Shown here: piece after piece, positions 1-12,170 of the stretch
Layout of the letters: each line of letters starts with the position of its first letter
Numbering within the stretch: position 1 is the stretch's first letter
DNA from: Octopus sinensis
Lineage: Eukaryota
Reading direction: 5' to 3'
Assembly (NCBI RefSeq): GCF_006345805.1
Contig: NW_021833092.1
Coordinates: forward strand, 1 to 58,487
Length of the DNA stretch: 58,487 bases
The notes under the pieces: model-generated
The model's database searches: none
What the model saw: only the letters and a program-made list of their open reading frames with translations
Told to the model about the DNA's origin: nothing
Position numbers and translations under genes: made by a program

Positions 1-725
1 TGAACCATGGCAGAATTTTTCATCCAGTTTAGTTGTTAAATAAACTTAATGCCAGTAATCACTGACTGCTATCTTTCTACTTTTGCTCTTGTCGTATTTC
101 TTGTCAGTTTTTCTATTACTTCATGCATTAAATTATACGCCAGCTTATCTATATAATATGTAACTATACAAATGGTGTCTTTTAATTATATAATTTTCCA
201 CAAGTCTTGTATTTTCCTATACCAACAATTAAGCAATCTTATATTTAATTTGAGTTTCATTCATCACTGTCTTGGCAACTGTGGTGAAGGTTATTTCGAT
301 GATGAGGTCAGAGTGAGGCCTAAACATATACAAATTTATTTCTCGTAATTACTGGAAAAAATGAAAACAATAATCCTCATTCACGAATATTGGTTTCTTG
401 ATTTCCTCGCCTCATATTTTTATTTAGCTTTTCAATGTTTATTTTCTTAAATATGTTGATAATAACTTCACTAGAGGAAGTCGGATATTGGTCGCAATAC
501 GCCAGTATAATTTCTTCTTTGTCTTACTGCATTCAACTGCATTCTCTCCTAAGGATATGATCATCACATGTAGAGATAACACACTAACACACACATCTCC
601 CCTCTCTCTCTCTCTCTCTCTCTCGCTCTAGCACACACACACATACACACCTATACACACAAACATACACTTGTGCACGCATATACACACATTCACACAT
701 ATCTACATCTCCCGCCCATATATAT

Positions 726-1129
726 TCTCTTTCTTCTTTACTTATTTCAGTCATTTGACTGCGGCCATGCTGGAGCACCGCCTTTAGTCGAATCAATCGA
801 TCCCCCCCGGACTTATTCTTTGTAAGCCTATTACTTTATCTATCGGTCACTTTTGCCGAACCGCTAAGTGACGGAGACCTAAACACATCAGCATCGGTTG
901 TCAAGCGATGGTGGTGGGCAAACACAGACACACAAACATATACACACATATACGTATATATAGATATATACGACGGGCTTCTTTCAGTTTCCGTCTACCA
1001 AATCCACTCACAAGGCTTAGGTCGGCCCGAGGCTATAGTAGAAGACACTTGCCCAAGGTGCCATGCAGTGGGACTGAACGGGAACCATGTGGTGGTAAGC
1101 AAGCTACATACCATACAGCCACTCGCGCC

Positions 1130-1132
<3 letters not shown>
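726..1132 (-). mobile_element. tRNA-SINE group B, full length (tRNA head, CORE-like block, internal microsatellite, AAAAGAG-type tail)
   Basis: Reverse complement starts ataggcgcgagtggctgtatggt...gttcagtcccactgcatggcaccttgggcaagtgtctt and aligns over ~400 bp with copies at 3822, 10486, 13581, 33313. ccttgggcaagt resembles the CORE domain (possibly the octopus OR2-type family, from memory). Confidence 0.9.
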
Positions 1133-1164
<32 letters not shown>

Positions 1165-1377
1165 TATATATATATTATATTATATATATATATATATATA
1201 CATATGATATATAGTTATTATGGTAGCCACAGTAAAATCCAGTGTGTGTAAATGAGGGTAACTTAGCTTAATACTGATCGTTAAATTAAGAACCAAACGA
1301 AAGCAATTCCTGGGATCGATATAGCTGATTGAAATACCATTGAAGATAGTGTTCCAGCAAACATGGCTGCAACCTGG

Positions 1378-1600
1378 TTTGAAATTCTGGCACAAGACCA
1401 ACAATTTTAGGGGAAGCGGGGCAAATCGATTACATTGACCGGTACTTGACTGGAATTTTATCCCCTGGACTCCAAAAAGATTAAAGGGAAATACTTCGGC
1501 TTAATTTGAATGCAGAACATAAAGAGCCGTCAGAAACGCTGCAAAGCATTTTGCCCGACCTGCTAACGATTCTGCCAGCTTATCGTCTTAATAATAATAA

Positions 1601-1660
<60 letters not shown>

Positions 1661-1927
1661 TAATGGTAATAAGCCTTTCTACTAAAGGCACAAGGCTTGA
1701 GATTTGTTGGGGAGGGGTTGGGGCAAGTCGATTACATCAACTCCACAGTGTTTCACTGGTGCTTAATTTATAGACCCCTCGAAAGGATGAAAGACAAAGT
1801 CGACCTCGGTGGAATTTGAACTTAGAACGTAAAGACGGACGATATGCCACTATGCTAACGATTTGCTAACGATTATGCCAATCACCGCCCTAATAATAAC
1901 AATAATAACAATAACAACAACAACGCC

Positions 1928-1963
<36 letters not shown>

Positions 1964-2056
1964 AATAATAATAATAATGAAGATGAAGATGATGATGATG
2001 ATAATAATAATAATATAATGAAGATGATGATAATAATAATAATAATAGTAATAGTA

Positions 2057-2125
<69 letters not shown>

Positions 2126-2636
2126 GTAATAATAATAATAATAATAGTAATAATAATAATAACAACAACAACAACAACAATAATAATCCTTTCTACTGGA
2201 AGCACAAGGCCTCAAATGTTGGGGAAGGGATTAAGTCGATTACATCGACCCCAGTGCGTGCCCAGTACTTATCTAATCGACCCCGAAAGGATGAAAGGTA
2301 AAGGCCACCTCGGCGGAATTTGAACTCAGAACATAGAGAGAGACGAAACATCTCTAAAGCATTTCGCCCGGCGTCCTAACGATTCTACCAGCTCGACGTC
2401 CCAACAACAACAACAGCAGCAGCAGCAACAACAACAACAACAACAACGACGACGACGACGACAACAATAATAACAACAACAATAATAATAGTAATGGTTT
2501 CAAATTTTGGCAAAAAGGTAGCAATTTTGGGAGAAGAGATGAGTCGACCACATCAACCCCTGTGTTCAACTGGCAATTATTTTATCGACCCCGAGAGGAC
2601 GAAAGACAAAGTCGACCGTGGCAGAATTTGAATAAA
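1378..2636 (-). mobile_element. Head-to-tail array of four group-A SINEs (about 1378-1590, 1672-1890, 2186-2400, 2496-2636) separated by trinucleotide arrays
   Basis: Each copy has the reverse complement of the A core (gtcgactttgcctttcatcctttcggggtcgataaa..gtaccag). Spacers are (AAT)/(AGT)/(AAC)/(GAT)/(GAC) runs at 1590-1670, 1891-2185, 2401-2495. Confidence 0.85.
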
Positions 2637-2987
2637 ATGACCACTTCGTTCCTTTGTGCATTCCTGTTTCAATCGTGTATCAACTATTTATGGCGTCAAC
2701 AACTTCTCTATTGTCTTGGGAATAGACGCATAGATGCCTTTTTCGTTCGATTGGGTCTACCGATGTAAATAGTCAACGAGACATTTAAATGTGCCCGCGA
2801 ATAAAAAAAGGTGTTGAATATTCCATATTTTCTTTCTTTTTCTTTAATTCATATAGACATAAAAATTATAGCCCCGACTACCAGTTGAATCGTGGTGCAC
2901 TCATTGTGATTAAATATCTTAGCTGAAAAAGGTTTAACTGCTACGATTATGTGCATCTCTTTCTCTCTCCTCTCTCTAACCTATACA

Positions 2988-3018
<31 letters not shown>

Positions 3019-3189
3019 CATACAATATACATAATAATAACATACATACATTACCATACATATACATACATATATAATACACATATACATACATATAGTA
3101 CCACCACACACATACATATGTATATCTATGCAGACACAAACATATATATGTATATCTATGCATACACACACATATATGTATATCTATGC

Positions 3190-3257
<68 letters not shown>

Positions 3258-3491
3258 TTAGTAAAACTATTATTATAATAATTACTAGGAGGGTGGTGTA
3301 CTGACATAATCGGTAGATTATCAGGCAAAAGCCTCGCGGTATTTAGTTACACCCTTTTACGTTCTCAAATTAAATTCCGCCGGGGTCAAATTTGCCTTTC
3401 ATCTTTCCAGGTCCGGTAAATTACTGTGGTTGATTAAAGCGGCTCTTTCCCGACCCATCAAATATCTGACCCTTATGCCGATGCTTGACTG

Positions 3492-3536
<45 letters not shown>

Positions 3537-3553
3537 TCACCACCACCACCACC

Positions 3554-3609
<56 letters not shown>

Positions 3610-3821
3610 AATGGCGGTGAAGTGGCTGAAAACAGAATAACGAACAAAATTCCGTCGGGATAATTTAGTTTAGTTACGTTCCGAGTTGAAATTGTGCCAG
3701 GGTCGATGAAGTAGTTATGGCAGAGTTAATATATTCAATGCACCGAACATGATAAACAAAAGACAGAGAAGTCAAATTTAGAAAGACCGAAAGACATTAG
3801 GTCCGAGGCTAGTATTGTTCT

Positions 3822-4005
3822 ATAGGCGTAGGAGTGGCTGTGTGGTAACTAGCTTGTTTACCAGCCACATGGTTCCGGGTTCAGTCCCACTGCGTGGCAC
3901 CTTGGGCAAGTGTCTACTGCTATAGCCTCGTGCCGACCAAAGCCTTGTGAGTGGATTTGGTAGACGGAAACTGAAACGTATATATATATATATAGATATA
4001 TATAT

Positions 4006-4067
<62 letters not shown>

Positions 4068-4259
4068 TGTTTGTTTCCCTCCCCAACATCGCTTGACAAC
4101 CGATGCTGGTGTGTTTAGGTCCCCGTAACCTAGCGGTTCGGCAAAAGAGAACGATAGAATAAGAACTAGGCTTACAAGGAATAAGTCCTGGGGTCGATTT
4201 GGTCGACTAAAGGTGGTGCTCCAGCATGGCCACAGTCAAATGACTGAAACAAATAAAAG
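3822..4259 (+). mobile_element. tRNA-SINE group B, full length, with expanded internal (TA)n(TG)n
   Basis: Head ataggcgtaggagtggctgtgtggtaactagc...ggttccgggttcagtcccac (A/B-box like); tail ggtgctccagcatggccacagtcaaatgactgaaac. Confidence 0.92.
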
Positions 4260-4608
4260 TGTAATGCTTTTGACTGAAATTACGGTAGACAACTCCAGAC
4301 TTATTTAACGGAACATAGCCGACAGCATAGTGATAAAAAAAAAGGACTAAACACAAGAATCGGCATGAAAAATAAGCAGATTTAAACGAATAAATCGTTA
4401 AAAATCAATGACTCAAGTCATTGTACAGTACCCGACCTCTTAACCGGCTCCCAGAAATTCAGAAATATCGCGCAATATCGTGCAACATCGTGCAGTATAC
4501 TGCACCCTCTATTAAATAAACAGACCCTGTTTTTGAAGTTGGTTAACCTGCATACGGTGCTTTAAGAATAGTTTTGATAACGATTAAACATACTCTACAG
4601 TGTATTAA

Positions 4609-4910
4609 GTGGAGGTACATGACCTAGTGGTTAGAGCAGCGGACTCACGATCGAGGGATCGCGGGTTCGAATTTCAGACCGGGCGATGTGTATGTTTATG
4701 AGCGAAACAACTGAGCTGCACGCGGCTCTGGCAGAAGGTAATGGCGAACTTCTGCTGACTCTTTCACCACAACTTTCTCTCACTCTTTCCTCCTGCATCT
4801 TGCAGCTCACCTGCGACGAACTGGCGTCCCGTCCAGGTGGGGAACCTATACGCCAAGGAAACCGGGAAACCGGCCCTATGAGCCAGACATGGCTTGAGAA
4901 GGAGCAAACA
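4609..4910 (+). mobile_element. tRNA-SINE group C with V-domain-like 3' half and 12-bp TSD
   Basis: Exact TSD acagtgtattaa at 4597-4608 and 4911-4922. Head tagtggttagagc...gggttcgaat. ctgcgacgaactggcgtcccgtccagg (4811-4837) resembles the V-SINE domain. Tail ends caaacaac. Confidence 0.88.
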
Positions 4911-5540
4911 ACAGTGTATTAATTTGTACCTGTATTTGTTAAATAAAATCATGTTCTTTACTTTACTTTATTAAATTTTCATCCTATAAGCATTCTTATA
5001 TATATATATGATACATCATGCTAGATTAATAGACATCAAACAGATTCTGTTTTAGAAGTGTATAAATTTGAATATGTTAAGTTAGCTATTTGTTTTTCAT
5101 AATGTATTTCAATATTACAAGTATATATTTAAGCCGTCTTAAAAAAACAACAAAAAAAAACGGAGAATCTAGAAATCCGGACCACTTCCAGTCTCAAAGT
5201 TGCTAGATATTTGATTCGGGAATTTGGTTAAAAAATACGTAGGTTAGTATTAACTATATGTAATATATTTAGATAAAAATAGTTACCAGGAACGTATAGG
5301 GTATCAATAGAATCGATGAAACCCATTTACTAGAAGTTAGAGTGTCGATATATAAAAAAAAAAAAATGTTTTGCGGTATTTAATGATGGTACTTTTTATG
5401 TTCGAATTTCGAATACTCCGATTTTTATCTTCCTGCAGGGGATCGATAAACAGAAGACGAGTTCATAGTGCTCTCCTACGAATATCGTTGTAGCATTGAA
5501 GAATCGGGTAAACGTCGCAAAGACTTACAATTGCACCCAT

Positions 5541-5614
<74 letters not shown>

Positions 5615-7767
5615 ACCACCACCACCACCACCACTACTACTACTACCACCACCACCACCACCAACACCACCAACACCACTACTACTACTACTACTACCAC
5701 TACTACTGTAGTTGATGTTTTATGATGATACAGGAAGGTCAAAACACATGCACACGTACACATCCGTACGCACTCACATTCATACACACCAAAACTACCA
5801 CTGCCACCGCCACCAAACAAAGCCGTCGAAGGAGAGTGACTCGACCGGCTAGAAATAACTGTCAAATGTCCCTCAAATTACGCCCTATCGCCCTATTGCA
5901 AAAAACAAAATACATCGAATAATTAAATCCTGGATTCCTTGCACATAGGAGAAAATAATAATAATAATTTTAAAAAGTGGTGGGCATGTCTGGAGTATCT
6001 TTCATCACGAGTCTGCTCAATCAGAGCTGACTTGAAGTTAAACAACAGACACCACTATTACTTCGACCACTATCACTACTACGAATACCACTGCAACCAA
6101 TCATATCTACAACCATTAGCAAACTACCATTGTATCGAATATATCTGGCTCATCTACTGAAATCTGATGTTCCATCCTTTGATATGCTTCGTAGATAAAC
6201 GACACAACACCAAACGCAACCATTCAGAATCTACATTTTATCTTTATCATCAACATTATCGTCATCAGCATCAATATCGTAAACAAAAACGAATCAGCAC
6301 ATAGTTTATCATTAAAATAAATCTTCAGCGTTTATCAAATAATTCAATACAATTTTTTTTTGCGTATATGTATGTATGTACGTATGTATGTATGTATGTA
6401 TGTATGTATGTATGTATGTATGTATGTATTATGTATGTATGTATGCATGCATGCATGTATGTATGTATGTATGTATGTATGTATGTATGTATGTATGTAT
6501 GTATGCATGTATGTATGTAAGTATGTATGTAAGTATGTATGTATGTATGCATGCGTGTATGAATGTATGTATACATGCATATTCACACTCAACACACACA
6601 TATATATATACACACATACATACATATGTGTTCGTGTTTGTATATCATTATACATGAATTTTTATCGAGATACAAAGTGAGAATGATTATTATAAACATA
6701 AGTGTGTATGTATGTATGCATACATGAAAGTATATATATATATATGTATATAAAATAATACATATACATACATACATACATACATACATACATACATACA
6801 TACATACATACATACATACATACATACATACACACACACATACATACATGCATACATACATACATATATATATGCATATATGTGTTTATATGTGTATGTG
6901 TATATATATATACATGCAAATAGATAGATAAATAGAGAGAGGAGAGAGAAAGAGAGAGAGAGAGGGACAGAGAGATAGGGACAGAAAGACAGCGAGACAG
7001 AAGAGTGATGTGCGTGTGGTTTATATTAAATATTTATTTTTTCATCTAACAGATGAATATGTGGCATTATGAAACAAAAACCACTATTTTCCCAAATCTA
7101 TTTCCCAAATCCCGCCATTAAATCTAATATCAAGATGTACTTCTTTGTTTTTGTTTTTATTTCCTATGTTGTTTCATTCCTTCTATCTTCTTTCTCCATT
7201 TTCCGTTCACTTCACATCAAAAGCTAAACTGCTTTTTCACAAATATCTCATTGGCATCGACGTTAATTGCTCACCCGCCATTTAAAACATAAGTGGCAGA
7301 CGGTAACAATATCGCGGACTTATTTCACTAAATGTCAGATGAACTCCGACTAAAGAAATAGTCCCAGCCCGAATACACTTATATGATTCATCTATCACGG
7401 TAACATGAACATGTACATAATAACACACACACACACACATGTATGTATGTACGTACGCATGTATACATATGTATACACACACACACACACACATATATAT
7501 ATACACACGCAAACTTTCAATCAGTTAGTTCGTCAGACATTTAACCGATTGGCAAAATATAATTTGGCATAATGACCTTCCTAAGACACAATAACTTATG
7601 CACAAACATATAATATACAGCGGAGTAAACCAGTCAATATATTTCAGAGTTAGTAATATTTTATGTAGTGTCTTGTTTGTAGCAAAATACTTAGGGTTTC
7701 ATGCCATAAAAAGATGTTTCGTTACGCTTAGTTATTCCTAGCAACACAATTTTGATTTGACTTATTA

Positions 7768-8130
7768 CGTGGCTCTCTGTCGGTTACAGTGACACGGGTT
7801 CCAGTTGATCCGATCGACGAAACAGTATACTCGTTAAATTAACGTGCAAGTGGCAGAGTACTCCACAGACACGTGTATCTTTAACGTAATTCTGGGGGAG
7901 GTTCAGTATGACACAGACTGTGACAAGGCTGGCCCTTTGAAATAGAGGTACAACAGAAACAGGAAGAAAGAGAGAGAGAAAGTCGTAGTGAAATAGTACA
8001 GCAGGATTCGCCACCACCCCACTGCAGGAGACTCGTGGAGCTTTAGATGTTTTCGCTCAATAAACACTCACAACACCTGGTCTGGGAATCGAAACCGCGA
8101 TCCTGCGACTACTGGGCCATTGTGCATCCA
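7768..8130 (-). mobile_element. tRNA-SINE with group-C 5' half and a different (Deu/Nin-like) 3' half
   Basis: Reverse complement of 7960-8110 aligns with 4660-4795. It then continues with gtggagtactctgccacttgcacgttaat...gatcggatcaactggaacc..gtaaccgacagagagcca; the same tail end recurs at 45020-45062. Confidence 0.75.
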
Positions 8131-8151
8131 AACACCATATATATATATATA

Positions 8152-8318
8152 TTTCTTTATTGGGCACAAGGGGCTAAACATAGAGGAGACAAACAAGAAC
8201 AGACAAAGGAATTAAGTCGATTATATAGACCCCAGTGCGTAACTGGTACTTATTTAATCAACCTCGAAAGGATGAAAGGCAAAGTCGACCTCGGCGGAAT
8301 TGAACTCAGAATGTATCG
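8152..8318 (-). mobile_element. Group A1 SINE, 5'-truncated
   Basis: Reverse complement of core plus A1 tail (gtttgtctcctctatgtttagccccttgtgcccaataaagaaa). Confidence 0.85.
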
Positions 8319-8606
8319 GCAATACTAACATACACAGACACAAACACACACACAATGCATGTGTATGTGTGTGTGTGAGTGTGAGTGTGTGGTGACTTTT
8401 TATACAAATATGTGTAAAACGTAAAGAAATGGACGCAAATATTTGTGCATATTTTCTCGTACATGGTTATGTATGACATACATACCTACACTCACAAATA
8501 TACATACATATATACATGCATACATACACATACAAACACACACCCATACATACATATTTCCATACATATATACACACGTGTGTGTGTATGTGCATGTGTG
8601 TGTATG

Positions 8607-8641
<35 letters not shown>

Positions 8642-8642
8642 T

Positions 8643-8716
<74 letters not shown>

Positions 8717-8854
8717 TAGACATGTCTGCATGTGCGTATATTTACTCACAAATAATGCATGCAATGCATTATAAGATATATAAAATATAAGTTAGTCACG
8801 CAAATTAGAATTGAAGCATTTTCACACATATCTATAGGAATATATATAACTAAG

Positions 8855-8897
<43 letters not shown>

Positions 8898-8920
8898 CAG
8901 TCAATATAATGATATTCTAA

Positions 8921-8951
<31 letters not shown>

Positions 8952-9652
8952 CATACATACATGCTCACACACAGGTACATACATATTTATATACACAAAA
9001 AATGCCTGTATTCATACATATATATGTCTGTGTTTACTTGTATGTATGTATATATGTATGTATGTATTATGTATGTATGTATGTATGTATGTATGTATGT
9101 ATGTATGTACATGTGTGTGTGTGTGTTTGTGTGTGTCCGGTCTGTATATAAACAAACTAGCACAAAGCTTTGAAGTATATTTTATATTTGAAAACATTCG
9201 AAATAGTAATTACCGTTGTATTTGGTATTGTTGTTATTGTTCGTGTTGCCATTGATATATACAGTTGATATTGTTGTTGTTGTCGCTGTTTTTGTTGTTG
9301 TTGTTGTTGTTAGTGTTGTTCTTGTTGTAGATTGTTCTTAGTGGCAATTGAATATATGTCTAATGTAAAACAATCCCAGCATGCACAAGTATGGCGCTAC
9401 ATTCGCCATGGACGATGAAATCACACGGAATGGCTTTTATTCATATGTGAACAAACATTGATGAGAGCAAGATTGCTGTCTAGCCACAAAATAGATATCT
9501 CTCTCTCTTTCTGTCCCTCGCTCTTTCAACCTGTCACTCACTCTGTTTCTGTCTGTCTATCTGTCTCTCTTCATGTTATGTATGTATGTATGTATGTATG
9601 TATGTATGTATGTATGTATGTATGTATGTATGTATCTCTGTTTGTCTGTCTG

Positions 9653-9683
<31 letters not shown>

Positions 9684-9708
9684 CTCTCTATATATATATG
9701 TCTGTCTG

Positions 9709-9759
<51 letters not shown>

Positions 9760-9764
9760 GTGTT

Positions 9765-9798
<34 letters not shown>

Positions 9799-9802
9799 TC
9801 TA

Positions 9803-9874
<72 letters not shown>

Positions 9875-10329
9875 CATCTATCTATCTCTCTGGCTGCCGA
9901 TCGATTTATCTGTTTAATATTCCATCCAACCTTCCATCAGATCAATCTATCTTTAAACATATACGTACGCACACATACAAAGTAAAATGCGGACGTCAAA
10001 GTAACATACGGAAAACAGGGCAAACGCACAAAGGACGTAGACACGCTCATCCCTCATAAGTTATCGACCAAAAGATATCATAACCGTTTCGATGCCTTAT
10101 ATATGTATACGTTTAATACAGTACTGCAGAGTTCAGTAAGTCTTAACTCTAGAACTAGTATGGCTTGGTAACTTGTACAAGGCTTTGAATAATTCTTTTA
10201 AGTGCTTATGTAATCGCGAGTAGATTTGTAGACTTTGTATACCGCCCACCGTTGACATAAGAAAACATTCAGAATGCGACACTGAAGGAAGAGAGTACTG
10301 CAATGGTATCCAGCTAATACTTATTTTTG

Positions 10330-10430
10330 TTGAGTAGACTCGAGTAACATGAAGTTAATTGCCTTGATCAAGGACACCACACCTGATTCAAGGAGTGAAC
10401 CCACGACCTTGTGACCCTGGGCCGAATGAT
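10330..10430 (-). mobile_element. Degenerate tRNA/CORE-type SINE fragment
   Basis: Reverse complement ggttcactcc (B-box) followed by gtgtccttgatcaaggcaattaacttcatgtt (CORE-like). Similar remnant at about 46540-46680. Confidence 0.55.
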
Positions 10431-10485
10431 CTCCGTAGACACTTAAATTATGACTGCTGTGAATCATAAAAAAAAAGTTACTTCT

Positions 10486-10643
10486 GAGTGACTGTGTGGT
10501 AAGTAGCTTGCTTATCAACCACATGGTTCCGAGTTCAGTCCCACTGCGTGGCATCTTGGGCAAGTGTCTCTACTATGGCCTCGGGCCCGATCAAAGCCTT
10601 GTGAGTGAATTTGGTAGACGGAAACTGAAAGAAGCCCATCTTA

Positions 10644-10703
<60 letters not shown>

Positions 10704-10993
10704 ATATATTATATATATATATGGTGTGTGTGTGTGTGTGTGTGTGTGGTGTGTTTTGTTTGTGTATGTGTGGTATATGTTTGTGTGTCTGTGTTTGTCC
10801 CCCAATATCGCTTGACACCGATGCTGGTGTATTTACGTCCCCGTCACTTAGCGGTTCGGCAAAAGAACCGATAGAATAAGTACTTGGCTTACAAAGAATA
10901 AGTCCTGGGGTCGATTTGTTCGACTAAAGTCTGTGTTCCAGCATGGCCGCAGTCAAATGACCGAAACAAGTAAAAGAGTAAAGAGTAAAGAGT
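10486..10993 (+). mobile_element. tRNA-SINE group B lacking first ~10 nt, long internal (TA)n(TG)n
   Basis: Aligns with other B copies; tail gtaaaagagtaaagagtaaagag. Confidence 0.9.
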
Positions 10994-11621
10994 ATGCAAG
11001 AAAATGTTATGCTGATTAAATCGAACGTGACTTGAACATTTACAAGTATAACGATAACAACCCAGTCGAATTATTCTAGTCTTGTTCGTATCGACAGTTG
11101 GTGATGTAAGGATCGGTAGGCCAGTTACATGAATACTTCTTTCTTATAGATGACACCGACAAGAAGAGAGAAAACAAGGAGGGAGGAAACTAGACTAGCA
11201 TTTCATTTTTTGACTACGAAGCGGATGAAACAAAAAACTTGGCCTCTGGGAGATTTGACCTCAGATCGTCGGAACAAATGCTGTCAAGTATTACATTCGA
11301 CTTTCTAATGACCCTGCCAATTTGGCCACGTCTCGATATACGCTGTATTTATTTTCTTAACTTGTTAGAAAAAACAGCCTTTTTTTTCTCAAATCACACC
11401 ATATTATCTAAAGAAAGCGAGGACATTCCGAAATGTTTCTTGTTATCAATTCATTACCAACGCAAATCGATCTATCTATCTATCTATCAATCTGTCTGTC
11501 TGCCTGCCTGTCTGTCTGCCTGTCTGTCTGCCTGTCTGTCTGCCTGTCTTTCTGCCTGTCTGTCTGCCTGCCTGTCTGTCTGTCTGATTTCTCTCCCTGT
11601 GTGTGTGTGTGTGTATGTATA

Positions 11622-11660
<39 letters not shown>

Positions 11661-11964
11661 TAATATAAGTAGTACATTCATCGACACATGTACACATACA
11701 CGTACACACAAACACACACATACACACATGCAATAACACACATCACAGTGTTTACACAGATATGTGTTTGTTGACATTGTAAACATTGTAAACATCAGAA
11801 ATAGCTTTTGGGCGGTAATTTACATGTCTTACCCCACCCCTTCCCTTCCACAGTTTGGTGATAATGGTAATAGAGGTGATGATGATATAAGCTATAGTGG
11901 TGTTGCTGGTATGAATAGTAGTTGTAGTAATGCTGGTAGCGGTGTTAATTACAATTATGGTATT

Positions 11965-12170
11965 AGTACGTTAGTACGCCGGGCGAAATGCTTAGCGGTA
12001 TTTCGTCTGCCGTTACGTTCTGAGTTCAAATCCCGCCGAGGTCGACTTTGCCTTTCATCCTTTCGGTTTCGATTAAAGAAGTGCCAGTTGAGCACTTGAG
12101 TCAATTACATCGATTATCCCACTTTCCCAAAAATTTATGGCTTGCGGCCTCTATCAGAAAGGATTATTTA
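11965..12170 (+). mobile_element. Group A2 SINE
   Basis: cgccgggcgaaatgcttagcggtatttcgtctgccgttacgttctgagttcaaat + core + tail ending agaaaggattatt. Confidence 0.85.

Noticed and set aside
1-350. Minus-strand peptide-like stretch (KYKTCGKLY...) as a transposase relic
   Set aside because: Multiple stops and no recognisable motif.
4609-4685. tRNA genes (also the heads at 3822, 20572, 41273, 45195)
   Set aside because: A/B boxes are present but there is no closed acceptor stem, and each runs into a SINE body; these are SINE heads.
7505-7540. Minus-strand CTGACGA...GAAA hammerhead-like core
   Set aside because: Stem II does not form and stems I/III depend on wobbles; chance level.
10122-10141. 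6-nt microexon candidate ctgcag|AGTTCA|gtaagt (+), and 3-nt candidate ttaag|TCG|gtgagt at 52979-52981 (-)
   Set aside because: Weak pyrimidine tracts and no supporting motif cluster; a few such pairs are expected by chance in 58 kb.
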